The notes beneath the pieces are model-generated. The model was not told the origin of the DNA, did not search any database, and worked only from the letters and a program-made list of their open reading frames with translations. 64,000 nucleotides of DNA from Octopus sinensis (lineage: Eukaryota), in the NCBI RefSeq assembly GCF_006345805.1, contig NC_043008.1, forward strand, positions 68,324,001-68,388,000, given 5' to 3'. Shown here piece by piece: positions 13,480 through 26,230 of the stretch; positions within the stretch are counted from its first letter, which is position 1, and each line of letters begins with the position of its first letter. The position numbers were made by a program, and so were the translations under genes.

Positions 13480-14575
13480 TTGGTCTTATTCCCGGTAGGA
13501 ATTATGTGGGTAGCGGGTTACTACCTGTAACTTTAGGTATCCACAAATTTCCAGCAGTTTTTCAAGTGCTTAGAACCTTTCTGATAATCCTTACTGTCCC
13601 TAATAGACAAATTTTCTGAAGGTGCTCTACCAGGTATTCTATTCCAGTCTCCTTCAGCCATTTGTCTACATCTTTGCTTCCTGCTCCAATGCACCAATTA
13701 TTATAGGCACAACCATTACTGTTTGCATCCTCCAAAGTCTTCCTATTTCAAATTTTATGGGATTGTATTTTTTTGTTTTTCTCCTTTTTTCATGATCCTT
13801 GAATCAGATGGACATGATGGGTCAATAAGTAAGCAACCTTGTTTTCCTTTATCTATAATTGTTATGTCTGGTCTATTATTTTCTAATTTCTTGTCCATTT
13901 GAATAGGAAATTGCTACAAAATTTTACATTTCTCTGATTTCTGTACTTTTGACTCAATGATTGTATTGTGTATTTCCAGCTTCAAATCTCTATTTCTGGC
14001 ACAGTTTATTTACAGTGTAAAACTTTTGCAACCTGGTTGTGCCTCCAATTCTTATTTTCTTCCTGTGCCAACTCGGAGCGTTCTTCCACAATGTGTACCA
14101 CTGTCTCATTCCAAATTCTACAAGCTCTACATTTTTCTGACACATTCGCTCCATATATTTTTTCTTAAGTTGTTTGATTTTATCACTTGATCTTGAGCTG
14201 CTACAATTAGGCTCTCTGTTTCTTTTTTTAATTACCCTTTTTATTAACTAAGCCCAAGATTTTGTTTCACATACATCTTCAGTGGCTCTCCAAAATTGGC
14301 CATGCAGAGGTTTCCCTTCAACCTGTCTGACATGCTCACTTTGTATTTTATTCTTGTCCTTTGCTCTTATTATGTGCTTCATCACCTGTTCTTTAATAGT
14401 TTTTCTGTGCTGCTCTCTAAATACTCTACTAGACTTTTTCTTTCTATCTGTACACATTCTTCTACTGCAATTAAGCCTCTTCTACCCTGGTCTCTCCTCA
14501 AGTACAGCCGGTTGATATCAGCTTTTGGATGGTGGGCTCCATACATCAACAGCTTCCTAGTTTTTCTGTCAAGTT
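13480..14575 (-). mobile_element. R4/Dong-like (RLE-endonuclease) non-LTR retrotransposon 3' fragment, decayed
   Basis: Minus-strand peptides KADINRLYLRRDQGRRGL, KPLHGQFWR, NNRPDITIIDKE and LQKICLLGTVRIIRKVL, with stops and frameshifts. Confidence 0.8.
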
Positions 14576-14594
14576 TCATTATTATTATTACTAT

Positions 14595-14900
14595 TATTAC
14601 CTTCACCTTAGCAAAGGCAGAGATATTGTTTGCAGTTATGTTTGTTTGTCCGTCAATGAACAAGATATCTCAAGAACTGCTAGATGGATTTGGATGAAAC
14701 TTTCAGGGATGTTTGGCCTCATGACTGGCATGAATTGATTAGATTTTGGGATCAATTCCGTACCGGATAAGGATTCTGGATTATTTTTCTTGTTTTTTTT
14801 ACTTAATTTTTTAGAGCAGTCGAGATCATTTTTAGTTTTCTCGTTTGTGAGAGCAATCAAGTTTATTCCAGATATTCTCATCTTAAAAATCATCTCTGGC
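14595..14900 (+). mobile_element. Helentron/DINE-like non-autonomous element (tentative)
   Basis: TTACCTTCACCTTAGCAAAGGCAGAG start, (GTTT)n core and GATGGATTTGGATGAAACTTTCAGGG motif typical of this repeat class. Partial subterminal inverted repeat. Confidence 0.45.
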
Positions 14901-16140
14901 TAATAATAATAATAATAACAATAATAATAATAATATTATTATTATTATTGTTATTATTATTATTATTGTTATTATTATTGTTATTATTATTGTTATTATT
15001 ATTATTATTATTGTTATTATTATAATAAAAAAAAACAGGCGGCAAGCTGGCAGAACCATTAACACACCAGGCAAAATGCTTAGTGGCATTTCATCTGTCT
15101 TTACATCCTGAGTTCAAATTCCACCAAGGTTGACTTTGCCTTTCACTCTTTTTAAGTACCAGTGAAACACTGGGGTTGATGTAATCGACTAGTTCCCTCC
15201 CCAAAATTTTCAGGCCCTGTGCCTTTCTTTAGGAGAAAGGATTATTATTGTCATGACAAAAAGTGGAGAGCTGACAGAATTGTTAGCACACTGGGTGAAA
15301 TGCTTAGCAGTATTTTGTCATGTTTTTCATGTTCTAAGTTCAAATCCTGCCAAAGTTAACATTGCTTTTCATTGTTTTGGTGCTGATGTAACTGACTATC
15401 CCCTTACCCCAAATTTCAGTTCCATGTACCTATAGTAGAAAGGATCATCATCATCATTATTATTATTTTTAAGGTGGCAAGCTGGCAGAATTGTTAGCAT
15501 GCTGAGCAAAATTCTTAGTGGCATTTTGTCTGTCTTTACATTCTGAGTTCACATTCCACCAATGTCGACTTTTCCTTTCAACCTTACAGGGCCAATAAAA
15601 TAAGTACCAGTTGAACACTGGGGTTAATGTAATCAACTCATCCCCTCCCGTAAAATTTCTGCCTTTGTGACAAAATTTGAAACCATAATTATTACCATTA
15701 TCATTATGGTGGTGGTGGTGGTGATGGATTGGTAGCATAGGTAACGTATCGAATATAATACCGTGTAGAAATTAGCACATCCTTTTGTATTTTGAGTCCT
15801 GAACATTAACTACTATAGACTTGAAATTTTGTCTTTTCAAATTTGCTAAAATATATTTTCAGTCATTTACTAGGGTGATTTAATCAGCTATTCTTTTCTC
15901 CCAGATGTGTGGCCTTGTGCCAATGTCATGAAAATGCTGAAGACTCAGTTATTGGATTTGTTTCAACCATATTCCAGCTCTGCCTTTAACTGAGTTTAAA
16001 AGTAATATAAAAACAGAGCACTCATGTTGCTGAAGACTGAGTTTAAGAATTTCTTGTGCAGCTCAATGGTTGGAATAGAAACTTTTGTAAATTTTTTTCC
16101 CGGCTTTTTCTTCCCTTCTTCACTGATTCCCTGTACTTAC

Positions 16141-16212
16141 ATGTTGTTGAGTAAAATAAAGTGCTTTTTCTGTTGCTGAAGACAATTCCTTTAAAAATAT
16201 TTGTGCTGCATT
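16141..16212 (-). CDS. Candidate internal coding exon of an unidentified gene (72 nt, NAAQIFLKELSSATEKALYFTQQH in phase 0)
   Basis: Long poly-T acceptor ending ACCAAG, donor CAT|GTAAGT, length divisible by 3, unique sequence. No protein family recognised. Confidence 0.35.
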
Positions 16213-19039
16213 CTTGGTAAAAAAAAAAGAAAAAAATATCTGGAAATTCTTCTCGTACTGTTTTCTTTTCTTGTTTGATTTTTCTTTTCAAGCAGACAAC
16301 AAAGACGATTAGTTCTCATTTTTTTTTTCCTGTGCAAGAGCACAAAGAAAACATGGCAAGTGAAAGTTACCAATCCATCTCAAAGAAACAGAAATTGCAG
16401 AATAAAAGAGAATATGCATATAATGGGATGGAATGGGAAGAAGAATTCTTAGCGTAAAGTTTATTCTCAAGTAGTTGCTCCTAATAAGCAAGATTAAGGG
16501 CGGGGCAAGGAACTGATATTGTTAAGGATGCATGTAGTGGCATTTTACATGATTTACAGTTTTGTTGCCTGTTTGTACCACACCCTCACCTAAATCTGCT
16601 GACAGGGTGGGAGCATTAATAATGGTTGCTTATCATATCACATCACCTTAAGAATTACAATCATTAAGCGAAATCATTATCATCATCATCATTATTATTA
16701 TGAGTAGTGGATTAGCAGAATTATTAATGCATTGGACATGCTTAACGGCATTATTTCCAGCTCTTTTACGCTCTAAATTCAAATCCCACTGGTGTCAACT
16801 TTACCTTTCATCCTTCCAGGGTCAATAAAATATGTAACAGTTAAGTACAAAGGTCAGTGTAATCAACCAACCCTCTCCTCTAAAAATTGTTGGTCTCCTG
16901 CCAAAATTTTAAACAATTATTATTATTTGTGGGATTTGTGGAAATTCCACACTGTAAGTCACCATATTTGTAAACATCATGTTAATATATTAAAAACAAG
17001 CAAGGAATTTCGAAAAATTCTTTTGAAATCTTGCTATTTAATCAAAACTGTACTTTTGAATATAATTGAAATGAACTTAAAAAGTATGGCTTCTTTTAAT
17101 AGATTTGATAGATATGATGTGCTTTTTAGTTTAAGGAAATAAAAAATGAATTAAAAAGATAAAACTTACACTAATAAAACGGTTTCAAATTTTGGTACAA
17201 AGCCAGCAATTTCAGGGAGGGAATAAGTCAATTACAGAGTTCAGCTGGTATTTATTTCAACTCTGAAAGGATGAAAGGCAAAGTCGACTTTTGCAGAACT
17301 TGAACTCAGAATGTAAAGATGGACAAAATATTGCTCAGCATTTCACCCAGCATGCTAATGATTCTGCCAGATCACCACCTTACTTATTCATATATTTTAA
17401 TTAAATTACAACCTTCATTACATATTTTACAAAATGAATGAATAAATACAAACCATATTCATATGATTATATGCAGATAGGAACAAACATGAGCTTACTC
17501 ACTGAATTATGATAGATACAAACATTCTATATTATTAACGGGACTATACAAACTGTATGTAATGAACATATGTACATAGAAATACAAAACATGAACTTAT
17601 TTAAATGTATATCAAACAACTATTGTATACAAAATGCTTCACAACAGAATAAACACTGTAATATCTATCTGTCTGTCTGTCTCTCTACCTGTCAGTCTAA
17701 TTACTTATATCTACTTTCCCTTCTGCCAGTGAATGTATCTGTCTATTCTCATAATACTGATAAGCATTTAAACCTAATAACAAAAAGAAAAAAATATTAT
17801 AATGGTAGTTCCCCAGCATGGCATCCACCTTTGTCTGGAACCCATAAAATATATGTGTAACATCCACAGCTATTTCCTAAGTAAAGTTATTTCACTTTAA
17901 TACTTCCAGATCTTTACATTCAGAGTTCAAACCCTGGCCAAAGTTATCTGTCTTACATCTCACCAGGGTTGTCGAAATAAAGTACAGATAAATAATGAGG
18001 TTGATATAACTGACTGACTCACTTTCCCCTCAAAACTGCTGGCCTTGTGACTAAATCAGAAAGCATTATTATGATGACAATGGTGATGACTTCCATAGAA
18101 TTTTCTTGGTAGAATACAAAAGTCTATTTCCCATTCATTCAGATATTCTTTTACAAGACACACCATGGTGCAGACAAGGTTGCTGCACCTACATGGGTAT
18201 ATAGAACATAAAGACCTGGAACAACAAACATTGTAAATCATTTTAATATATGCCCTAACAATTCTTTTGACCCACAGTTCTGGACTGGTACTTTATTTTA
18301 CTGACCCTAGAAGGATGAAAGACCAAGTTGACTAAGGTAGAATTTGAAGTCAGAACTCAAACATTTGGAACAAAAGTTTGTAGATATTATGTCTACCAGC
18401 TTTGCCAGTTCACTATAGGTGCTTATTTTATTAGCCCTGAAGGAGGAAAAAGTAAAGTTTACCCAGTGAGAATTTGAACTCAGAATATGAAGAGAAATAA
18501 TTAAATATTACTTCAAAGATTTTTACATGCTGCTCTGCATTATGGTTTCTGCTTTAGATACATCATTGGCATCATCATTATCATATAATGTTTATGTTCC
18601 ATGTTGGCAAGGGTTGAACAGTTTGACAGGGTTCAATGATCAGAGGATTGCATCATGCTCCAATGTCTTTGATAGCATGATTTTTATGGCTGGATGCAAT
18701 TCCTAATGCCAAGCACTTTACAACATGTACTTCGGGCTTTTTTCTGTGACACCATCACTTGTGAGGTTGCTATGCAGCCTGCATAATTTAAGATCTTCTT
18801 TGATTGAATGGGGCAACTGTAGAGAGGGATGTGGATTTACGTTATGGGAAGGTTTCTTTCTGTAGAGGAACAACATGGCTACTCATGTTTTAGAAGAGAG
18901 AGTGGCAGTAGCTGGAGGAGGAGTTGGAAAGAGATAGAAAATGGTGGTGTTGAAGTGTCAGGGTGAACTCTCAAGATATGAGGAGAGTAAAAGGGATTGA
19001 GGACACAACAGGGAGTAGCAGTAAGTAATAAGGTTCACC

Positions 19040-19560
19040 TGTCATTGTTGATGATGACCAGGATATCCCATGGGAGAAGAGGATGGGTCATGGTACAACC
19101 AGTAATGACTGATCAGGTCAATGCATGCTTAGGAGGTTCTGCTGCAGGTCAGGCACTGGGAATGAAGGCAAGGAGTTGACTCTGGACTTGTGCATCTCAC
19201 ATTTTCTTTGTGCTCCTGTGATCCTGTTCTGTTTGTAAGAGATGGCATCACTGTTGGTGCAGCTACACCAGGCAGGGTGGTCCTGTGCCTACATTTCCCA
19301 GGTGTTGAGGTTGATCTTACAGTGCTTTAGCGAGGCTTTGAGTGTATCTTTGAGGCAATTTTTCTGCCCACTATGTGTGCATTTGCCTTTTGCCAATTCA
19401 CTGTAAAACAGTCTCTTGTGTAGTCATGTGTCAGGCATTCGAACAAGGTGGCCATCCCACTTAACTTGGACTCTCTTCAGTAGAGTGTAAATGCTTGGCA
19501 GATCAGTTCATGAGAGGACCTCCATGTCTAGGACCTTGTTTTGCTGGAGGTGGGTAGATA
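19040..19560 (-). mobile_element. RTE (BovB-like) LINE 3' fragment, decayed
   Basis: Minus-strand KWDGHLVRM, KRLFYSELAKG and LKDTLKASLKHCKIN peptides. Confidence 0.75.
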
Positions 19561-20224
19561 TTACAAGAATGTATGGAGAGATATATGGTAGTAGAGGAGA
19601 GGTGAATTGATGATCAGGGGGATGATTAATGTAAAATGTGGGTGAAGAAGACAGTCTTAATAATGAAGAATGAATGTAAAGTGAAATTGTTCCAAGTAGT
19701 GTGAAGGTCAGCAAATCTAAAGGTAAAAGTTAGTGCTTGGCATCAACACCAGTATACAACTGGTATTTACTGACCTTGTGAGGATGAAAGGTAAAGTTGG
19801 CCTTGCCAGAATTTGAACTTAGAACATAAAGAGAAAAATTAAAACTTCAAAGACCTTTACATGCAGCTCTACACACATGCACACACACACACACACACAG
19901 ACAAGCTTCTTGCAATCAGTTTCCATCTACCAAATCTACTCACAAGGTTTTTGTCAGTCTGGGGTTACAGTAGAAGACACTTGCCTAAGGGGCTGCACAG
20001 TGGGACTGAACCCAGAACCATGTGATTCAGGAACAAACTTCTTACCACACAGTCACACATGTGCCTTCTTATCACACAGAAATGCCAGCACCTCATATGC
20101 ATTTACATATATGAACATCAATATATACAGGATGTTTGGGTTAACGGAATTTGACAGTTTGCATAAAAGGAAAAGAAAACACAATATCTGATCCAAAAAT
20201 AAAAATATTTTAAGATAAACTCTG

Positions 20225-20725
20225 CTTGCGTAGACCTGTTGAGGCAAGTGAAATCGAAATTGAATGAAATTCGATGACTGGCACCCATGCCAGTGGAGCG
20301 CTAACAGCTCCATCCAAGCAGGTTCAGTGCCAGAGCAGCCGTCTGGCTTCCGTGCCGGTAGGCATGTAAAAAGCACCATTTGAGCGTGATCATTACCAGC
20401 ATCGCCTTACTGGCACGTGAACAAAACATTCGAGCGAGGTCGTTGCCAGTGCTGCTGGACCGACTCCTGTGCAGGTGGCACGTAAAAAACACCATTTTCG
20501 AGCATGGCCGTTGCCAGTACCACCAGACTGGCCCTCGTGCCAGTGGCACATAAAAGCACCCACTACACTCTCGGAGTGGTTGGCGTTAGGAAGGGCATCC
20601 AGCTGTAGAAACTTTGCCAGATCAGATTGGAGCCTGGCACAGCCATCTGGTTTGCCAGTCCTCAGTCAAATCATCCAATCCATGCTAGCATGGAAAGCGG
20701 ATGTTAAACGATGATGATGATGATG
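20225..20725 (+). mobile_element. RTE 3'-UTR-only copy
   Basis: Matches 27225-27703, including the GTGCCxGTGGCAC repeats and (GAT)n tail. Shorter tail-only copies occur at about 10095-10270, 31740-31925 (minus) and elsewhere. Confidence 0.8.
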
Positions 20726-20959
20726 AACATATATACATGGACATGTAGTAAATGGGTATAAGCATAAATATGTAGTGTATGTGATGTACATATAAGAAAC
20801 AGTACAGAATAAACACTAGAAGGATTTATATATATAAAAAAAAGATAATTCTATATCAAAGGGTCTTCACATTGCCAGAAACTAGGAGGAGAAAGTCCTC
20901 TCAAAATTGTAAGTCCATGCCAATTGGCCAACCTGGATCCCCTCTGCAAAGTACTGATT

Positions 20960-23260
20960 CTGCATTGAGGTAAATCAATTCCTATGAAACAATTCAATCA
21001 ACTACAGAGGGCCCAGAGAAAAGTATAGACTCTTCCTGTGTAAAGTGGTGTTTTTTAGTTGCAAAGTGAGTGTTACTCAATGTCAACAGAGAAGTTTTAC
21101 ACAGGTTGTATTTGTACAAGGGACAACCATAAAAAAAATTAAAAAACTGAGAAAATAATTATTTCCTGAAGCAAGTTCCTGAAGAAGCAAGAGCTCTGGC
21201 TGTGGTGCTATCAATATTTTATACAGCTGATTTGAATCCAGTCACAGCAGAAACTTTTTACAAGTTTCTGCTGTTCAAATGATTCCAGAAGCAAGGCGAG
21301 TTCAAAAGGTGGCTGTGTTTGTGTCATAGTATGGCTCCAACAGGTCCTATGGGAACAGCTGTTTGTTGCTACTTTAGTGGCCCCTGGTCCAGATAAGGGG
21401 AAAAGTGCAGAAGCTGCCATAAAGTGAATATTCTTGCTTATCTGTCTAGGGCAAGGCATAATTTTTCTCATATTCCTGAGCCTGATAAGATAAACGATAA
21501 GATGAAGACATCTTCATCCAGTAACAAATCAGTATTCACACATATACATACATACATTCTTGCCACTACTGCTTACATCAGAGGTCTCAGTTGATACTAA
21601 TGTCAACCTCAGCACTTTAACAGGGCATGGCTATGAAAGCAGATAAAGTTTGGAAACATTCAGCTCAGATCTAAGCATATGATTTTACACAGGTTCCCAT
21701 TGTCTGTGAATTTTTAATGCAGATATTGTATACAAGGACCAATAGTCATACACAAACAACATTGTTATAGATATTAGTGGTCTCCACCCTAAACTGAAAT
21801 ATCACAAAGCTTTAACCATTCATTTTACTTTCTCATCCTCCACTATGCCTGACTAATTCTCTGGGGAAAATTTCTGGGGTCAAAATCAAATTATATATTG
21901 ACTTTTCTGTTCCTCCACTCATACATGAAACAAAATACATGCTTAAAACAGTTTTCATTGAAAGAATATAGGTTCCACACCCTGGGTGGATCCCGTGGTA
22001 GTGATTCTCTGAGAAAAAAGAAGAGTAAAAATTGGCCATTGACATACAAAAAGTGAATGAGGCCATTCGAAGTGAGAACATCCTAAGACACCTGTTGTTG
22101 ACATCATTGCTGACCTAAACTCATTTACTGCCTTCAGCAAGTTGGACATAGATGGAAGAATCATATTGGTATATAACCACAGAGTGGTATCAGTACAAAA
22201 GATTGCTATTCAGTGTAAACACAGCACCTAAGATCTAAAAAACAGTTGCAAGTCTCTGTGATGCTCCAGATGTCAAGAATCCTTCCAATGACATCACAGT
22301 TCATTATAAAAATCAAGCTATATGTGATATAAGCTTGAAGGCAAACTTAAAGAATGCATTTCCAAAGATATTGACTCTAGAAGTAGTCAGAATGGTTACA
22401 TAGCAAGACTCTCAACTACAAAAGCTCATGCAAATAATAACAAGACCTAGATCTCTCCATTTTTGTCCTATTCAAAGGCTAACTACTCATATCAAGTGGT
22501 ATCATTCCTCAAGACCATCATTTAATAATTCTATCATAGATGTAAAAACAGATCACCAACATTACCCATCATAAACACCAGAATAGTCTAAAGATGAAGC
22601 AGCTTGCCTAGGAAAAGGTATTGGTTCTGAGCATTGATAAAATGGTGGAAGAAACTGTCCAGACTTGTATTCTATGTCAAGCTTCAAATCCTATCACACT
22701 CCATTGTGAACCCATTCACCTTAATCAATTTCCCCTCTGTTCCATCATCTAAAATTCTTCTAGATTTCTCAAGGTCCGTTTTTGTCTGATGACTATATGA
22801 ATGGTTCCCATTGACAAATTCAACTATTTTTCAACAAATGAAATGTTTCCATCAACATCAGCAAGAACTGCCATTTTTTTTTTCATCTGAATTCCATCTT
22901 TATCTAACACAATCTCTCAATAGAGATAACATCAATGTCATTCAGCCTCCTTTCCCAGATCAATACTTCATTGTTCAATCTGAATTTCATCATAGGAAGG
23001 TTACCCCCATCCCCACCCATTTGACCAAAAGCTCATAGTGAAACCAAGCATTTCGTGAAGACAACAAATAACTATATTTATGCAAGTACTGCAGAAAGCT
23101 AGAACTGGAAGATACAGTCACCTTAGTGACTACCAGTATGAGAATGATTCTCTATACACCTAAGAGTTCCTTTGAATGCCCTTACTGGGAGGAGATGAAT
23201 GTTAGTTTACCTGATGTCCCTCATCCTGAAACTTCCATTCCTATTCAATTCTGCACACCC
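20960..23260 (+). mobile_element. Decayed Ty3/Gypsy LTR retrotransposon gag-pol relic
   Basis: Fragments in Gypsy order: GEKCRSCHKVN (gag knuckle), GKISGVKIKLYID, DIQKVNEAIR, FSKLDI, YKRLLFSVNTAPKI (RT), IDKMVEETVQTCILCQA (integrase Zn finger), HRKVTP (integrase core). LTRs not resolved. Confidence 0.75.
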
Positions 23261-23719
23261 CTGAAATGAAAACATAAATAAACCAGCAGTGATACACCCA
23301 GATATCTTCACTAAACCCTATGCAACAGCATATTCATGAAACTTTTCAGAAACAAATTGTCCATACCTTACATATAAACCTATACATAGTCATGTTGAAA
23401 AGAGGCAGCATGGTAACAGCAAAAACATGTGATGGCCATCAAACTACATGCAACTTTTTATTCTCAAGCATGTGCAAGCTGATGTCATCCTATTTGATGA
23501 AGAATATACAAGTAAGCTAACAATCAAGCTATCAGTGATACCTTATTTTAGCTGGTCAGAATGGACAAGACACTGGAAACACCTCACATTATATGTAAAA
23601 AAAATTCCAGCCATGTTTATTTATATATAACAGACTAACTAGATGGCTAGTAGCTTTTCATTGGATGTAAGCGCAAGTATTGTTTATTGTTTCAGATGAG
23701 CAGAGAGGTATTCACGGTT

Positions 23720-24115
23720 ATGTCAACTGTTTGTTTCAGTAGCAACAAACTTATCCTAGTTATCTTGTAAACTGTTTTCTCAATGGCAACAGACATATTG
23801 TAGGTGTGAACATGTGAACTGCCTGTTTCTATAGCAACAGACTGAACACTGACAAGATTTTGTGCACTGTTGTTTCTGTAGCAAAAGACTCATCACAGAT
23901 GTGATCATATCAACTGCTTACATAACAAAAGACTTATCACAAATGAGATCACATCAGCATCTTACATAACAAGACTTATCATAAATGTGATCACATCAGC
24001 TATTTGTTGCTATAGCAATAATTTCATCATAAATCTTGTGGTATCAACTGTGTTTATATAATAACTAACTATCACAAGTAGATCATTTCAACTGTCCACA
24101 CAGCAAGTGACTTAT
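23720..24115. repeat. Degenerate ~45-bp tandem array (~9 units) carrying X-box-like palindromes
   Basis: Units begin TCAACTG-like and contain GTTTCTATAGCAAC-like motifs followed by GACTTATCAC-like text. Confidence 0.7.
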
Positions 24116-25021
24116 GATAAGCCCTTCCTTTTAACTACAGTTATGATTTCAATGAAAAAAGGATAGAACAGAAGTGCTATTATTAATTAATGCTGGAATA
24201 TAAAGAAGCAAGCGAGAGGAATCAAGCTTCTGACCAAACTTTATGGAGCAGATTGATTTTGAAAAGGTTAAACAAGTGGATGCACAGTTAATGGTAAACA
24301 AGATGTACAAAGAGATGTTGAACTGGAATGGTGAATGCTGGGGGTCTACACTAATATTAAGTAGGAATTCCAGCCGATGTGAGATAAGAAACACAAAGTT
24401 TGAAATTTGGGGCATCAGATGTTGAATGTGAAAGGAGACCCAGAGTGTACTGTTGATAAGAATGGTTAAGCATAAGAGTAGAAGATTTGTAGATAGGTAT
24501 TTAAGTAGGCAGTAAACAGGCACACAAAAAGGCGGGAGAGAGAGAGAGAAAGAAAGGGAGTAAGTGAGAGAAGAGAGGAGAAAGAGTAAAAGGTAAAAAG
24601 AAATTGGGACAACAAACAATTAAGAACAGAAAACATCCACAAGAAAACATAAAAAAAAAAGAAGCAAAGAATTAAGTAGTTCCTATTTATTCACACAAGA
24701 ACCTTGGGAGTTGAGCAAAGTTATCAAGAGCAGGGCTATTGCGAAATTGGTATTTATATGACAGAACTATGTAAACCATAAAAGTGAAAAGGGAAAAAAC
24801 TGGGGAAAAAAAAAATTATGATATCAATGACAATGTAGATGATAATAACGATGATGATGATGGTGGTGAACAAGATGGCAAAATTAGAAGGAAAACAAAG
24901 ACGTACACACATTACATTGGTTGTTATTGTTTTTTTTTTATTTTCAAGATTCCAACATTATAACGGTTAAAGACACAAGACCAGAAATTTTGAAAAGAGA
25001 GATTCAGTTGACTATATAGAT

Positions 25022-25373
25022 CAGGGACTCTCCACCATTTTTTTTTTATCTGTGGACCCCTTTGATAACTATTTTACTCTGGTAGACCCCATAGCTATTC
25101 AATGCTGAAGAATTAGTTTTTTAGAAACTTCTTTCAAAATTCTTATTTTGTTTCTCACACATTAACTTCTCTAGGATGAACTATGTAAAAAGTTAAAGAA
25201 AGAAACTTAGCTGTTTCTTGCAATACATACCAATTCATACAACATGAGCAAACTTTTTTCAGGGTTCCTTAAAATACTATTGTAGATGCCAAATTTACTA
25301 TTTCTTGCATGGACTCCACAAAATTTTATATGGGCCCTTAGGGACCATATAGACCCCTGGTTCAGAACCACCG
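25022..25373. mobile_element. hAT-type MITE
   Basis: Perfect 8-bp TSD ATATAGAT (25014-25021 and 25374-25381). Degenerate TIRs CAGGGACTCTCCACC and GGTTCAGAACCACCG. Confidence 0.8.
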
Positions 25374-26199
25374 ATATAGATCATTCTCCCTAGTATTTGA
25401 CTGGTACTATAGTTTATCAGCAGTGGAAAGACGAAGCACAAAGTTCAGCCTTGGGTAGGATTAGAACACAGAATGTAAAGAACAGTGATGTATTTTGTCT
25501 GTTGCTCAACAAAATTCCAAACTATTAGAAACTAATGCTTATAGCACAGTCATATCAAATCAACTCTTTTCTTTCAATAATATTTCTTCAAAGGATTCAA
25601 ATAATAAAAGTTTTTGTTTCAGCCGTTAAAAATCTACATACAAAAATATATTGTCATTTTGTGTCTTAATTTAAACATTTTTTATCTGAGCAAATGAATA
25701 TTGTTTTTATCTGTATTTTTTTTTTTGCCTTTTTATTCCTGAGCACCTTTTCACATTGCAGTGTAAGGGATGGGTCAAACCCATAGATAGATAAGAAATA
25801 AACAATATGCTTCTTGGTGGCACCATCTTCATCAGCACACTCTTGATACAACAAAGTGTGCAGGAAATTTCTGTCCAAAAAAAAAAGAAAGAAAAGAAAA
25901 ATGAAAGTGCATATGTATATATGTATGTGTGCATGTATATATATGGTGCCTTGCTGTACTCAAGAAGACCCATTCACCACAATAGAATTGATACCAGTGC
26001 TGGTGCCACATAAAAAGCATCCAGTACATGCTGTAAAATGGTTGGCATTAGGATGAGTATCCAGCCATAGAGATCCTGTGAGAACAGAAAATGGAGTCTG
26101 ATGCAGCCCCTGGCCTTACCAGTTCTGATCAAACCAACTGTACCATGTCAGTGTGGAAAACAGATGTTAAATTATGATGTTGATGATATATATATCTAT

Positions 26200-26228
<29 letters not shown>

Positions 26229-26230
<2 letters not shown>

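Noticed and set aside
20771-20880. Possible 5' LTR and PBS of the Gypsy relic
   Set aside because: No matching 3' LTR found and the PBS is too degenerate.
23469-23707. Plus-strand exon-like pieces (23469-23511, ~23551-23594, 12-nt 23696-23707)
   Set aside because: The first implied intron is only ~39 nt and joining the pieces creates a stop, so there is no coherent model.
23720-24115. CRISPR-like periodicity
   Set aside because: Eukaryotic context, units degenerate along their whole length, no unique spacers and no cas genes.
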